In this document: piece after piece, positions 1-9,164 of the stretch
Layout of the letters: each line of letters opens with the position of its first letter
How positions within the stretch are numbered: position 1 is the stretch's first letter
Assembly: GCA_040218735.1 (NCBI GenBank)
Contig: JAVJQW010000022.1
Span: 96,001 to 160,000 of the forward strand
DNA length: 64,000 bases
Direction of reading: 5' to 3'
DNA from: Deltaproteobacteria bacterium
Lineage (GTDB): Bacteria > Myxococcota > Kuafuiibacteriia > Kuafuiibacteriales > Kuafuiibacteriaceae
Notes under the pieces: model-generated
Databases searched by the model: none
What the model was told of the DNA's origin: nothing
The model's input: only the letters and a program-made list of their open reading frames with translations
Translations under genes and position numbers: made by a program

Positions 1-2558
1 CTTGGGGTCCCGCAGACGCCCCACGTCGGATCCTCTTCGACCATGAGTGGCAGGGCGTACAGAGTCGGGCGCACGGCGCCCACAGCTGTCCAGCGTCCTC
101 GCGTGTCGGACTGGATTTCCAGCATGCCTCGCTGCCTGAGCGCTTCAAGCGTCGCGGTCGTCGTCCGTTCGGATCGTTTCCCAAGGTATCGGCGCAAGAT
201 GTTCCGTGCCCTGCCGTATGCCATCCGTCCAGAGCCCTGAGATAGCGCATCCAGGAAACGCAGCTCCGGACAGTCGAGCGGCAATTGGGTCAGGTCATTG
301 CAGACTCTTCCGAGTCGATGCGCAGCCACATTGATTCGGTTCGGCACCGCAGAACCTCGATCGGAGCCCTTCACCAGCATTCCGTGAACTGCTATGCCCC
401 GTTCTAGCGAGCCGCGTGCCGGCACCAGGCCGATCGCTCCGGCGGTTTGCTCAGCGCCGCCGACCGCCAGCCGCAACTTGGCTTCGCCGAGGATTCTGCC
501 CTCTGGCGACGTCACGGACAGGGTGAACAGCCGGTCGTCGCTCTCGACCTGGAGTTCGAATGTCCTGCGAGTAGACGGTTGGAGGAAACCTGGCTGTGAA
601 GATCCACCAGCCGTGTCGGTGGTTTCGGCTATCGTGAGGCCCGGCGTTCGTATCTTGCAGCCAGGCGGAGCATCCACCTCGGCCATTGGCAGGTCGTGGG
701 CGAGATAAGCGACGCGGCCCGCTCGGCGGATGCGCAGGCCTCCAATCAGGCGGATCGCTCTTGGACGTGAAGCGCTGGGGGGTACACCGGGGAGCTGGTC
801 GCGCTGGTCAACGGTGAGTGTTGCTGCGTCCTCTAGGAAGAGCAGGCGCCAGCCGAAGGGGAGTCCTTGGCCAGGACACGTCTCGAGTTTGACGCGCTCT
901 AGGCTCACCACGTGGTCGAAGTTCCGGTTCTCGGGGCTCACCAAGAGGTAGGTCGCACCTTGGGCGGGCATCGCGTCGAGTTCGACTAGGCAGCGATGTC
1001 GGCGGCTGAACTCGAGAACGGTGAGCGGTGATGCCGCCCACGTGAGGTCCTTCCGCCGCTCCGACGGTCGGAACCCATCGTCGAAGAATACGCTGAGCTT
1101 CAACTCCGAGGTCATGAGCTCGCAGTGTGCGCTATTCGACCCATCTGGTTTTGCCACTGCATAGGCGCTGCCATCGTATGCAGCGTGCCACCGCGCAGTA
1201 CCGTACTCCAGTGTGACGCGACCATCGTCCCGGAACGAAGGCATCCGCCATCCCAGTTGCCACGGTGGGCTGTTCCCGTCCGCGAACAGCGCGATACCGA
1301 GTCGAGAGTACGCGCGATGAGTCTTCGTTGGAGCCTCTTCCTCTTCTCCGGACTGCGTGCTGCCGTCCCAGTCCAACAGGATCTGGTTGAGACGTTCGAT
1401 CAATGCGCTTCGGTAATCCTCCTGAGCCGATGCATCTCTAATGCCGCGACTCAATACGTGCTCGTCGTGGATGCGGCCAAGCACCGTCCCTACCCGATCC
1501 AGAGGCATGGGTTCCCCGGGAGTCAGCCGGAGCTTGGAGAAGAGCGTGTGCAGTTTTTCGATGTCACTCGCCCGGATGATGGACTGTGACTTGAGCATGC
1601 CAATCACGGGGCGGCCACCGAGAGTGCGCGCCTTGAAGACACCAAACTTGCCCTTCGTTTCGGCTGTCCACTTCTGAAGGTCACGCCATAGTGCGTTGAC
1701 TCTGTCTAGCTCGTTCATCCCCCAGCTGTTTGGCAGCGCCAGACGGTCTTGTGCGTGCGCGTAGAAGCCACCCTCTCCGTGTTGGTATTCGACCGAGAGC
1801 GCAACCAGCGCCGCGAGGACCGGTAGGTACGGCGGGAAGTTGTCGGAGGCGGCTCCGTAAGAAAGATGACGCGTTGGATGGATGTAGCCCTGGGGCCGGC
1901 TGGCAGCGTGCCGCCTCTGCCGCATTAACCCGAGCGCCAGGTTCGTCAGGGCTCGCCCATCCGAAAGTTTCCAAGGCGGACCGTGCTGTACGGCCTGGAG
2001 GAGACCCTCGAAGCCGCCGAGTTCGGGCGCGATATCGTCGAGCTCGGCGCGCGAGAGTGAAAACGTGACCTCCTCATCCGCCTGAGTGGGGGAGAAGAAG
2101 TCGCGGAGCAGGGCGGCGTTCCATGCGCCGAACATGTCACCTTGCTCGAAACCGTCACTTTGCGGCGAGCTTGGACTTGCGCGGTTCGTGACGATCGTTC
2201 GAACTCCAACTCCGGGAAACGGATTGCCTCCCTCCGTGATGACTTCTACGGCAATGCATTGCTCCTCTTCCTTGAGTACCAAGAGACTGGGTACGGGCGT
2301 CACGGCCTGTGAGCTGTAGGCGCGTACCAGCGCTTCGTGGTCGACGTCGCCGTCAGCGATCAGCACGATCGCAGTTGCTCCGGTGGATGTTGCCTCGGAG
2401 ATGATCTTGCCGTAGTTCTCCGGCGCCCCAAGGGCCTCGATCAGCAACCCGTTCAAGTCCAGCGCCGACTCAAGTGCGGCTATTGCCGGTTGGTATTCGT
2501 CCTTGCTCGCCGACGAATCGTCGATGCCGCCTAGTGCCTCCGACAGAAGATCGTCCAT
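1..2558 (-). CDS. Large Druantia DruH/DruF-like protein (partial, runs off left edge; alternative GTG start at 2579)
   Basis: Not in the ORF track. Manual translation shows a minus-strand frame open from 2579/2558 to base 1 (>850 aa). Motifs WNAALLRDFFSP, AVQHGPPW, PPYLPVLAALVA, LWRDLQKWT..GKFG..LGGRPVIG..SQ and IRLIGGLRI resemble my recollection of Druantia accessory subunits. It lies directly downstream of a C5 MTase. Confidence 0.6.
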   Translation of the reverse strand, partial: MDDLLSEALGGIDDSSASKDEYQPAIAALESALDLNGLLIEALGAPENYGKIISEATSTGATAIVLIADGDVDHEALVRAYSSQAVTPVPSLLVLKEEEQCIAVEVITEGGNPFPGVGVRTIVTNRASPSSPQSDGFEQGDMFGAWNAALLRDFFSPTQADEEVTFSLSRAELDDIAPELGGFEGLLQAVQHGPPWKLSDGRALTNLALGLMRQRRHAASRPQGYIHPTRHLSYGAASDNFPPYLPVLAALVALSVEYQHGEGGFYAHAQDRLALPNSWGMNELDRVNALWRDLQKWTAETKGKFGVFKARTLGGRPVIGMLKSQSIIRASDIEKLHTLFSKLRLTPGEPMPLDRVGTVLGRIHDEHVLSRGIRDASAQEDYRSALIERLNQILLDWDGSTQSGEEEEAPTKTHRAYSRLGIALFADGNSPPWQLGWRMPSFRDDGRVTLEYGTARWHAAYDGSAYAVAKPDGSNSAHCELMTSELKLSVFFDDGFRPSERRKDLTWAASPLTVLEFSRRHRCLVELDAMPAQGATYLLVSPENRNFDHVVSLERVKLETCPGQGLPFGWRLLFLEDAATLTVDQRDQLPGVPPSASRPRAIRLIGGLRIRRAGRVAYLAHDLPMAEVDAPPGCKIRTPGLTIAETTDTAGGSSQPGFLQPSTRRTFELQVESDDRLFTLSVTSPEGRILGEAKLRLAVGGAEQTAGAIGLVPARGSLERGIAVHGMLVKGSDRGSAVPNRINVAAHRLGRVCNDLTQLPLDCPELRFLDALSQGSGRMAYGRARNILRRYLGKRSERTTTATLEALRQRGMLEIQSDTRGRWTAVGAVRPTLYALPLMVEEDPTWGVCGTP

Positions 2559-3023
2559 ATCATGGTGGGTGGTGTTCACTGGCGGCGTTCGCTACGGTCA
2601 TCATTGGGGGGGGGTGTCGTTCAGTCTCCTCGATGAGGGCTCGCAGTCGATGTCGGTCTGCTTCAGGTGATCTCACTGCGCGGGGCAGCTCGGTAGACTC
2701 ATTGAGGCAGGCTTACCCCCTGTTGATTATGGGAGCAACTCGCATTGCATGCGCGCGGTGAGGCCGAATTCCGCACGCTCATTCCCATCGAGCGGCCAGG
2801 TAGATTCGCTCGCACAAGCCGGTCGGGGACATGCGCCTCTTGATGCTGGCCAGTTCTGTTTTCCGTGTTCGGTTCGTCTTGCATTGCTACACTGAGGCTT
2901 GGCCATCGGCGTCCCAAACCACTGAAAGTAGGCACCGAAGCGCCTTCTAGAGATGCCAACGCATTCTCCGTCCGGTCACGGCCTTGGCCGGTAGCTGGGC
3001 TCGTCAAGCCCGAGGTTCTCCGG

Positions 3024-4316
3024 TCAACCAGCAGCGGCTCGACGATTCTCGTTCTCACCAGACATGCGGATGATATGCTCGTCCAGTGCTGCCAAGAAGT
3101 CGTCTCTGAACCTGAGCGTGCTGCGCTTCGTGCGCTTTCGAAAGCCCTCCGTAGCTCGCAGCGAAAGGAGGCGCCCCGCACCGAGGAAGGTATGGAGGTC
3201 CTTGTAGGCATAGCACTTCGGCCACTCGGTTAGTTCGGGCGCTCGGTAGGCGCGACCTTGGCGACCCCACGCCGCAACTGGCCACCGCGCGCCAGCTGGA
3301 ATCGGCTCGTAGATCTTGGTGATCGGCGCGGCCGGTTTCCCGAGACGTTGGCCAACCCACCGCGCTACGGGGACGCTCACCGCATTCCCGGCGAGCTTCC
3401 ATCGCGGTCCGTTTCTGCGTTTGGAGTCCTCGACAGCCGGACGGGTCCAGTTGCGCGGAAAGCCTTGGAGCCGTTCAGCGTCCACCAGCTCAGGCGTGAC
3501 GATGTCACCATTTGGAAGCCAAACCGCAGGCGGGGACGGGATTCCTACCGTCGAGCCTCCCTTGAGCGTCGGAATCGCGTTGATTCCCCAGCCCAGCCCT
3601 CGGATGCCTTCGGTCCAATAGAAGCCGTAGGCGATGCGCTTGTCTTCGTCGAATGCGCGCTCACCTTCCTCGTCGGCGAACAACACGGTTCGAGGATCTT
3701 CGGTCTGCGAAGCGAGCAGGATGACACGTCGGCGGCGCTGCGGGAGACCAAAGGCACGGGTGTCGACGACGCGGTAGCACCATGTGTACCCCATGTCCGA
3801 AAGCGTGTCGGTCAGGAACCGCATCGCGCGTCCGCGCTCGAGCTGAAGCATGAAAGGGACGTTCTCGATCAGCACCCACTTCGGCCGGGGCTTCATCGTT
3901 CGCATCAAGCGAAACATGTGCGAGACGAGCCCCGACTTCTCGCCCTCGATCCCCTGCGTGCGTCCTGCCTGGCTGAGGTCCTGACACGGGAAACCGCCGG
4001 CGAGCACGTCCACAGGGGGGATCTTGGAAGCCTGCAGATCACGAACGTCGGGGTGCAGCGGAACGTCGAAATGGTGCCTAAGCACCCGGGCCGCAGACTC
4101 GTCGAACTCGCAGAGGAGCTCGGCTCGATGGCCGGCGCGGCGCATCCCGAGCTCGATTCCACCGATCCCTGCGAACAGTCCAGCGACTTTCAATGATTCC
4201 CCTCTACTAGGGAACATGCTGACCTGCGCACTTGTGGCCCCTGGCATCGGGTCACACCATATCTCGAGGTCGATGCATTTGCATTGGTGGATTCGCCGTC
4301 CCTCAAGATATGACAA
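3024..4316 (-). CDS. dcm: DNA (cytosine-5) methyltransferase, DruM-like (true start may be a downstream Met)
   Basis: C5-MTase motifs in order: FAGIGG, GGFPCQ, ENV, QRRRR, ERLQGFP, GNAV. Variable region contains GFYWTEG..GLGW..IPTLKGGS. Confidence 0.93.
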   Translation of the reverse strand: MSYLEGRRIHQCKCIDLEIWCDPMPGATSAQVSMFPSRGESLKVAGLFAGIGGIELGMRRAGHRAELLCEFDESAARVLRHHFDVPLHPDVRDLQASKIPPVDVLAGGFPCQDLSQAGRTQGIEGEKSGLVSHMFRLMRTMKPRPKWVLIENVPFMLQLERGRAMRFLTDTLSDMGYTWCYRVVDTRAFGLPQRRRRVILLASQTEDPRTVLFADEEGERAFDEDKRIAYGFYWTEGIRGLGWGINAIPTLKGGSTVGIPSPPAVWLPNGDIVTPELVDAERLQGFPRNWTRPAVEDSKRRNGPRWKLAGNAVSVPVARWVGQRLGKPAAPITKIYEPIPAGARWPVAAWGRQGRAYRAPELTEWPKCYAYKDLHTFLGAGRLLSLRATEGFRKRTKRSTLRFRDDFLAALDEHIIRMSGENENRRAAAG

Positions 4317-4788
4317 GGAGACCCGAATCGAGGTTCGAGCGCGGTGTCTTGCGACGATCGAACACGAGTGTCGACACCGTTTCCGCGGCAGAGACCGGGT
4401 CCACGTGGGCCCAGATCCGGATGACGTACCACGCCGCCCCGGCGAGCTTCTCGTTCGTGTCGCGATCGCGGCACCGGTTCGTCTCGATCTTGTCGCGCCA
4501 GAACGCCGCGTTCGCTTTCGGCCACGTCGCGTGCTCGGGGCAGCCGTGCCAGAAGCAGCCGTCCACGTAGATGGCGAGTCTCAGGCGTCGGAACACGATG
4601 TCAGCGCGACGCCGAAGACCGTCGATCACCTTCGCATCGATTCGGTAGCCGCGAACACCCAGCGCATACAGGCACCGGCGCAGCTCAAGCTCGGGGCGCG
4701 TGTCTCGTCGACGCGTCCGCTCCATTCGACGCTTTGCTTCGGGTGAAGAGGGGCGCGGCCCTCGCCGACGCGACCTCGCGTTGCTCAC
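4303..4788 (-). CDS. vsr: Very short patch repair endonuclease
   Basis: DTRPELELRR, ADIVF and VDGCFWHGCPEH motifs. GTGA overlap with the upstream gene; adjacent to the C5 MTase. Confidence 0.93.
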   Translation of the reverse strand: MSNARSRRRGPRPSSPEAKRRMERTRRRDTRPELELRRCLYALGVRGYRIDAKVIDGLRRRADIVFRRLRLAIYVDGCFWHGCPEHATWPKANAAFWRDKIETNRCRDRDTNEKLAGAAWYVIRIWAHVDPVSAAETVSTLVFDRRKTPRSNLDSGLLVIS

Positions 4789-7094
4789 ACGAACCTCCGC
4801 AGAACGTCAAGCCACCGCGTCGCGATGGCTCGTCGAGCTCCGGCTTCGAACAGAGGACCAAGGTCGAGACCGAACAGCGGACCAAGGTCGAGACCAACGA
4901 GCCACGCCGGGAGGTCGAGTGAGTCGCCGATGGGCACACCGAGAAAGAGCCCGACGCCAAGCGCGGTGTTCACCGATCCAACTCCCCCGTGCACGAAGCC
5001 CGCCTCTCCGTTCACCTGGTACCGTGCGCCGCGAACGCCGGCGCCCTCGAGCGCGAAGCTCGCTGAGGAAGCCCCGGAGACGAGGCGCGCCTCTCCCTCT
5101 ACCCTGTACGCAGCGCGGACGACGCCGGCTCCGTCGCAAACCACCAGTTCGCTGACGTCGAGCTCGCCGATCTCGAGCCCCAACCCGCCGCCCGGTCTCG
5201 AAGGCACCGGCCAGCAGCGATGCTCATGCGCCCAGTCCTCAAGACCATCGATGTCGCGAACGAAGAGTGCGCGAAGATCGGCCGGGGGCCGCGACCACCA
5301 AGGCACGACTCGCTGCGGGCCACCGAAGCCTTCCTCGGTGTAGCTGACGCTTTCCCAGTAGCGTGCTCGCTCGTGCGCCGAGGCTTGATTCGCGAGATGC
5401 ACGATCACGTCATCGAGGAACCGAACGATTGCTTCCTCGCCGATTCCCTCCCGATCCGGACCGGGCTTCAGCGGAAAAGCGCCGAGACTCGGCAAGAGCT
5501 CGCCATGCTTTCGAAGCACTTCCACATCCGCCCCGGGATAAACAGCATAGGCTCCAACCGCGCCGAGGATCGCATCGCGATATGCGTGCATTTTGGTGAT
5601 GTCCGCTGGCGGCACTCGCGTCGTTTCTTCGCCGAGTGCGTCGACCGCCCTCTCGACACGATACTTGGCGTCGAAGTGTAGACGAACAGGCGTGGTCCAT
5701 GCTCCGGCGGGCTCGAGGAGACGAACCTCTAGCGAGCAATCCGGGCGCATTGACCGCGACCAGGTGCCGTCGCCGAGCTCGTACGAGCGTTCGTACACGA
5801 GATCGAGTGCCATCCTTCGACCGAGTCGAGCGACGAGTGCCCGGACCGCGGCGCGTCGGCCCCGGCGAAGCGCAAAGTCGACGCCAGTGGTCGTCGACCG
5901 AACCAAGGACTCGACGTCGAGCTCTTGGCCCGATAGACGCGCAACGATTCCCGCAAGGCGCAGGAACACCCAATACTCGTACAGGGTCGCAACGTCCCTC
6001 TGGCCCGCGCCATAGACGTCCTCGCCGCCTTGCCATTCGAGTTGCGCGCCGACCTGCGACAGCAGGAACGCCTCGAAGAGCTCGCGATAGCCCGGGCGCC
6101 GCTCGAGGACCTGATTGCCGACCGGGAAGCGAACGAGATCCTCCACGTTCCTCAGAACCGGGTGGCGGAGTAGATCGTTGAGAACGGCGTCCACCTCTTC
6201 GGTTTCGCGAAGCCCACGATTGACAGCGGCAGGAATCCTTCTGTCCGTTCCCGTCTTCTCGGCCAGCAGCGCGTCACGAAGACGCCACGTCACCGCGCGC
6301 CACTCCTCGAGCACGAATCGCACGAACCGATTGGGGATGGAGTCGGTCGTCTCTTCGTGACGAAGACGCTCGAGATCGGCTGGCAGCATCAGTGGTTCAC
6401 GTCCTGGCCACGGCTGCTTGGGGCCGGGCTTGGCGATCAGGCGAGCGACGCGGGACGTCGCGCGCAACGGCTGTCCCGGCAGCACGGTCTCGGGGTACTC
6501 GCGCCATTCCACGTGTGGGCGAGCCAGGACTACGGCGAGCGCTCCACGGAGGCGCGTCCCCATCAGCATCGCACGTACGAGTCGGAACTGAGCGTGGAGC
6601 CCATGGGGATCGCCCAAGGTGTCGGGTCGAAGCCGTTGCTCGGTCGCGGCGAACCGACGGAGCACGAGCTCCGTCGCAACGTTCGCGATGTCTTCGAGCA
6701 TGTTCCGATAGTCGTCGAGGTAGCCGAGCTTCTTCGAACGCACCTCGACGGCGACCTCGTCCAAGCGACGTCCGCCGACCACGATGCCGATCGGGAGACG
6801 CCCGGTATGCTCACGAGGACGAAGACGACCCGTTCGGCCGGAGGCATCGTCTGCGGAGATCAGATCGTCGGGTTCGATGCGAACAGGACCCGGCAGGTCG
6901 ACCTCGTAGCGATACTCGACCCCCTCGACCAGCTGAACTGGTTCTAAGGTCGTGGGTGGGTCGGCTCGAAGATCGAGCAGAGGAGGGACTGTTGGGTTGC
7001 GATCTCGGCCGAGCACCGAGATTCGAAGGCTGCCGATTATGGCGGTGTTCGTCGGATCGACGAGCGGCAGCTCGACGTGATCGACGGGAGCCAT
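4785..7094 (-). CDS. DUF2357 / McrC-like PD-(D/E)xK nuclease
   Basis: EVRSKKLGY..DY, NRFVRF, LYEYWVF, MRPDCSL, FDAKYR and DITKMHAYRDAI motifs. Starts 3 bp after the McrB-like stop. Confidence 0.85.
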   Translation of the reverse strand: MAPVDHVELPLVDPTNTAIIGSLRISVLGRDRNPTVPPLLDLRADPPTTLEPVQLVEGVEYRYEVDLPGPVRIEPDDLISADDASGRTGRLRPREHTGRLPIGIVVGGRRLDEVAVEVRSKKLGYLDDYRNMLEDIANVATELVLRRFAATEQRLRPDTLGDPHGLHAQFRLVRAMLMGTRLRGALAVVLARPHVEWREYPETVLPGQPLRATSRVARLIAKPGPKQPWPGREPLMLPADLERLRHEETTDSIPNRFVRFVLEEWRAVTWRLRDALLAEKTGTDRRIPAAVNRGLRETEEVDAVLNDLLRHPVLRNVEDLVRFPVGNQVLERRPGYRELFEAFLLSQVGAQLEWQGGEDVYGAGQRDVATLYEYWVFLRLAGIVARLSGQELDVESLVRSTTTGVDFALRRGRRAAVRALVARLGRRMALDLVYERSYELGDGTWSRSMRPDCSLEVRLLEPAGAWTTPVRLHFDAKYRVERAVDALGEETTRVPPADITKMHAYRDAILGAVGAYAVYPGADVEVLRKHGELLPSLGAFPLKPGPDREGIGEEAIVRFLDDVIVHLANQASAHERARYWESVSYTEEGFGGPQRVVPWWSRPPADLRALFVRDIDGLEDWAHEHRCWPVPSRPGGGLGLEIGELDVSELVVCDGAGVVRAAYRVEGEARLVSGASSASFALEGAGVRGARYQVNGEAGFVHGGVGSVNTALGVGLFLGVPIGDSLDLPAWLVGLDLGPLFGLDLGPLFEAGARRAIATRWLDVLRRFV

Positions 7095-7097
7095 TCG

Positions 7098-8699
7098 TCA
7101 GTCCCAGAACGAGGCGAACTGGTTCGCGTGCAGCGCTCGAATCATGCGTCGGACCTTTCGCGCTGCGCCCGGAAGATCGGGCGCATCGATGGGGGCAGCT
7201 GGGTCGTAGACTGGAGCGTCGAGCTCGGCAACGACGTCGTTGGCGAACGCACCGACGACGCGGAGCACGGGTTCGAGAGCACGGCGAGACCCGTGGAGGC
7301 GTGGGAGGATCTTCTGGAGAACGAATAAGTCGAGTGCTTCGTGGTGGTCGCCACCAGCGATGGCCAGCAAGGCGGAGAGGCGGACTCCCTCGAAGAAGGT
7401 TCGATGCCCGAACTCGACTCCCTGCGAGGCGAGCGCGGCGTGGAGACGCCGAACGGCGGCGACGAACTCCTCCGCGAATGGCGGCGGATGATCGCGATGA
7501 TAGTCGTCGTCGCGCGCCAAGACTGCAAAGCCTCGAGCGAGCTCGCCGGGCCCAGGTTCGACGACTCCCGGTCGAGCGACGCCAGATGCGTCGGAGGGTA
7601 GAGCGTCGGTGCCGACGCGGAACTCGATAGTGTTCGCGCGGTCGAGGACTTTGGGCGACATTGCGAACGTCGTTTCGTCGACGTTCACCGTCCCGACGAT
7701 GAAGAGATTCTCCGGGAATGGAAGGGCGGCTGCCGCCCCCTCCGCACAGTACCAGTCGTCGTCGACAGCTTCGAGATTCGGGACGACTGGCGTCCTCGAC
7801 TCGATACCCGACAGCGCGTCGGCGAAGTACCGCTCGATGTGTGCGAGGTTCATCTCGTCGAGGAGGAGCAGGTACGGTCTATTGGGGTCATGGGCGGCTC
7901 TGATCACGAACTCGAGCGTCGACGGAACCACCCACGGCCGACGCCCATCATCTGCCGGAGTGCGGAGCGCATCCTCATAGCCAAAGAGGTACTCGGGGCC
8001 TGTCCAATCCGGGCGGACAGGTACGAGGAGAAGCTGGTCGTCGCCGAGCCAGCGTCCGAACTGGAGCGCCAATTGCGTCTTCCCCGACCCCGACAGGCCT
8101 GTGAGCACGACGAATCTCTTCGTCGCCAAGCTACACACGAACGCCCTCGTCAGTCGTTCATGACGAGAACCGAAATCGAGTCCGACGTCGCGGACGGCGG
8201 TCGCAAACTCTCTGGCGACGCGCGCGATGTCGACAACGGCTTCGACGTCCGCAGTCTGCTCGCGCTCCTCCTCTTGGGGCGCGACCAGTTCGACCGTCAA
8301 GCCATCGTCCAAACGCTCCTGGACGAGGCGAACCATATGGCTGCCGGGATCCGCGACTATGGTTCCGACGCGCCAACGTTGCTCGACGTCGTCATAGAAG
8401 TTGAAGATCGCGCTGGCGACTTGCCTCGACCACGTTCGGTCATGCCAGTGCTCTTTCGCCGAGCGCACGGCACGGTCATGCGTCCTCTTGTTCCGCACCG
8501 TGAGACTGAGGAGGCCGCCGCTCGCCCCCGTCGCCTGCGAAAACTTGTTCTTGAGCTGCTGGCTAGGATTCGACACAGAGGTCCCGTAGCACTTCACCAT
8601 GCCGTCATCCGCGTCCAGTAGCTCCGTCAGCCACTCTTCCAGCTCCGACGGAATTACCAGCCGATTCGCTGCGTCGACGTCCTCGGGAGACGGATGCAT
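7098..8699 (-). CDS. McrB-family AAA+ GTPase (probable start ATG 8699; ORF open to 8861)
   Basis: Walker A GLSGSGKT, VRPDW, Walker B LLLDEMNLAHIERYFAD, GTVNVDETT signature, SPKVLDRAN and QKILPRLHG. Confidence 0.9.
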   Translation of the reverse strand: MHPSPEDVDAANRLVIPSELEEWLTELLDADDGMVKCYGTSVSNPSQQLKNKFSQATGASGGLLSLTVRNKRTHDRAVRSAKEHWHDRTWSRQVASAIFNFYDDVEQRWRVGTIVADPGSHMVRLVQERLDDGLTVELVAPQEEEREQTADVEAVVDIARVAREFATAVRDVGLDFGSRHERLTRAFVCSLATKRFVVLTGLSGSGKTQLALQFGRWLGDDQLLLVPVRPDWTGPEYLFGYEDALRTPADDGRRPWVVPSTLEFVIRAAHDPNRPYLLLLDEMNLAHIERYFADALSGIESRTPVVPNLEAVDDDWYCAEGAAAALPFPENLFIVGTVNVDETTFAMSPKVLDRANTIEFRVGTDALPSDASGVARPGVVEPGPGELARGFAVLARDDDYHRDHPPPFAEEFVAAVRRLHAALASQGVEFGHRTFFEGVRLSALLAIAGGDHHEALDLFVLQKILPRLHGSRRALEPVLRVVGAFANDVVAELDAPVYDPAAPIDAPDLPGAARKVRRMIRALHANQFASFWD

Positions 8700-9164
8700 G
8701 GCGTCGAACGTACGCTGCGCCGCGGGCCGATCCACACTCGCCCCAATCGCCCAATCCTGGGGCCATGGCAATGCGGAATTGAGCAGCCGGTTGGAATGGA
8801 GCGCGGTTTCTCGTTCGGACTCGGGCTGCCACCATCCGCATCGGCTGCGTCTTCGCAACAACGCATTACGTTCGACCAGAGAGCTAGCAACAAGCGGCAG
8901 GGTCTCTGCTCGGAGAACCGCCGCGACGCGGGCGGAGGTCTGCGGTCGCCTTCGAGTCCGACTGCTTCACCGTCTGCGTCTTGCTGTCCTTCCGTCCCGC
9001 GCCGCGCAACTTCGAAACACCATCGCTCTGGCTTCAACCCGCATCCGCAGGCGATCACGGCGTCGCAGTAGGTCGCCTAGTCTGATCGCTCGCCGCGCAC
9101 CCGCGCTCGAGGGCAAGTGTAAGGGCAAGTTCAAGTTCAAGGGGCCGTTGGGCTGCGCCCTCGG

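Noticed and set aside
2606-2614. G9 tract upstream of the Dru-like ORF as a phase-variation switch
   Set aside because: An in-frame stop at 2592 lies between the tract and the start, so slippage cannot alter the ORF. No promoter elements can be placed around it.
43-3233. Many short ORFs listed in the track for 1-3.2 kb
   Set aside because: Most are shadows of the long minus-strand ORF (1-2558) or of the MTase gene, and none has a recognisable motif.
4848-4895. 24-bp tandem duplication in the nuclease 3' end (GLDLGPLF x2)
   Set aside because: Only two in-frame copies with no spacers; not a CRISPR array.
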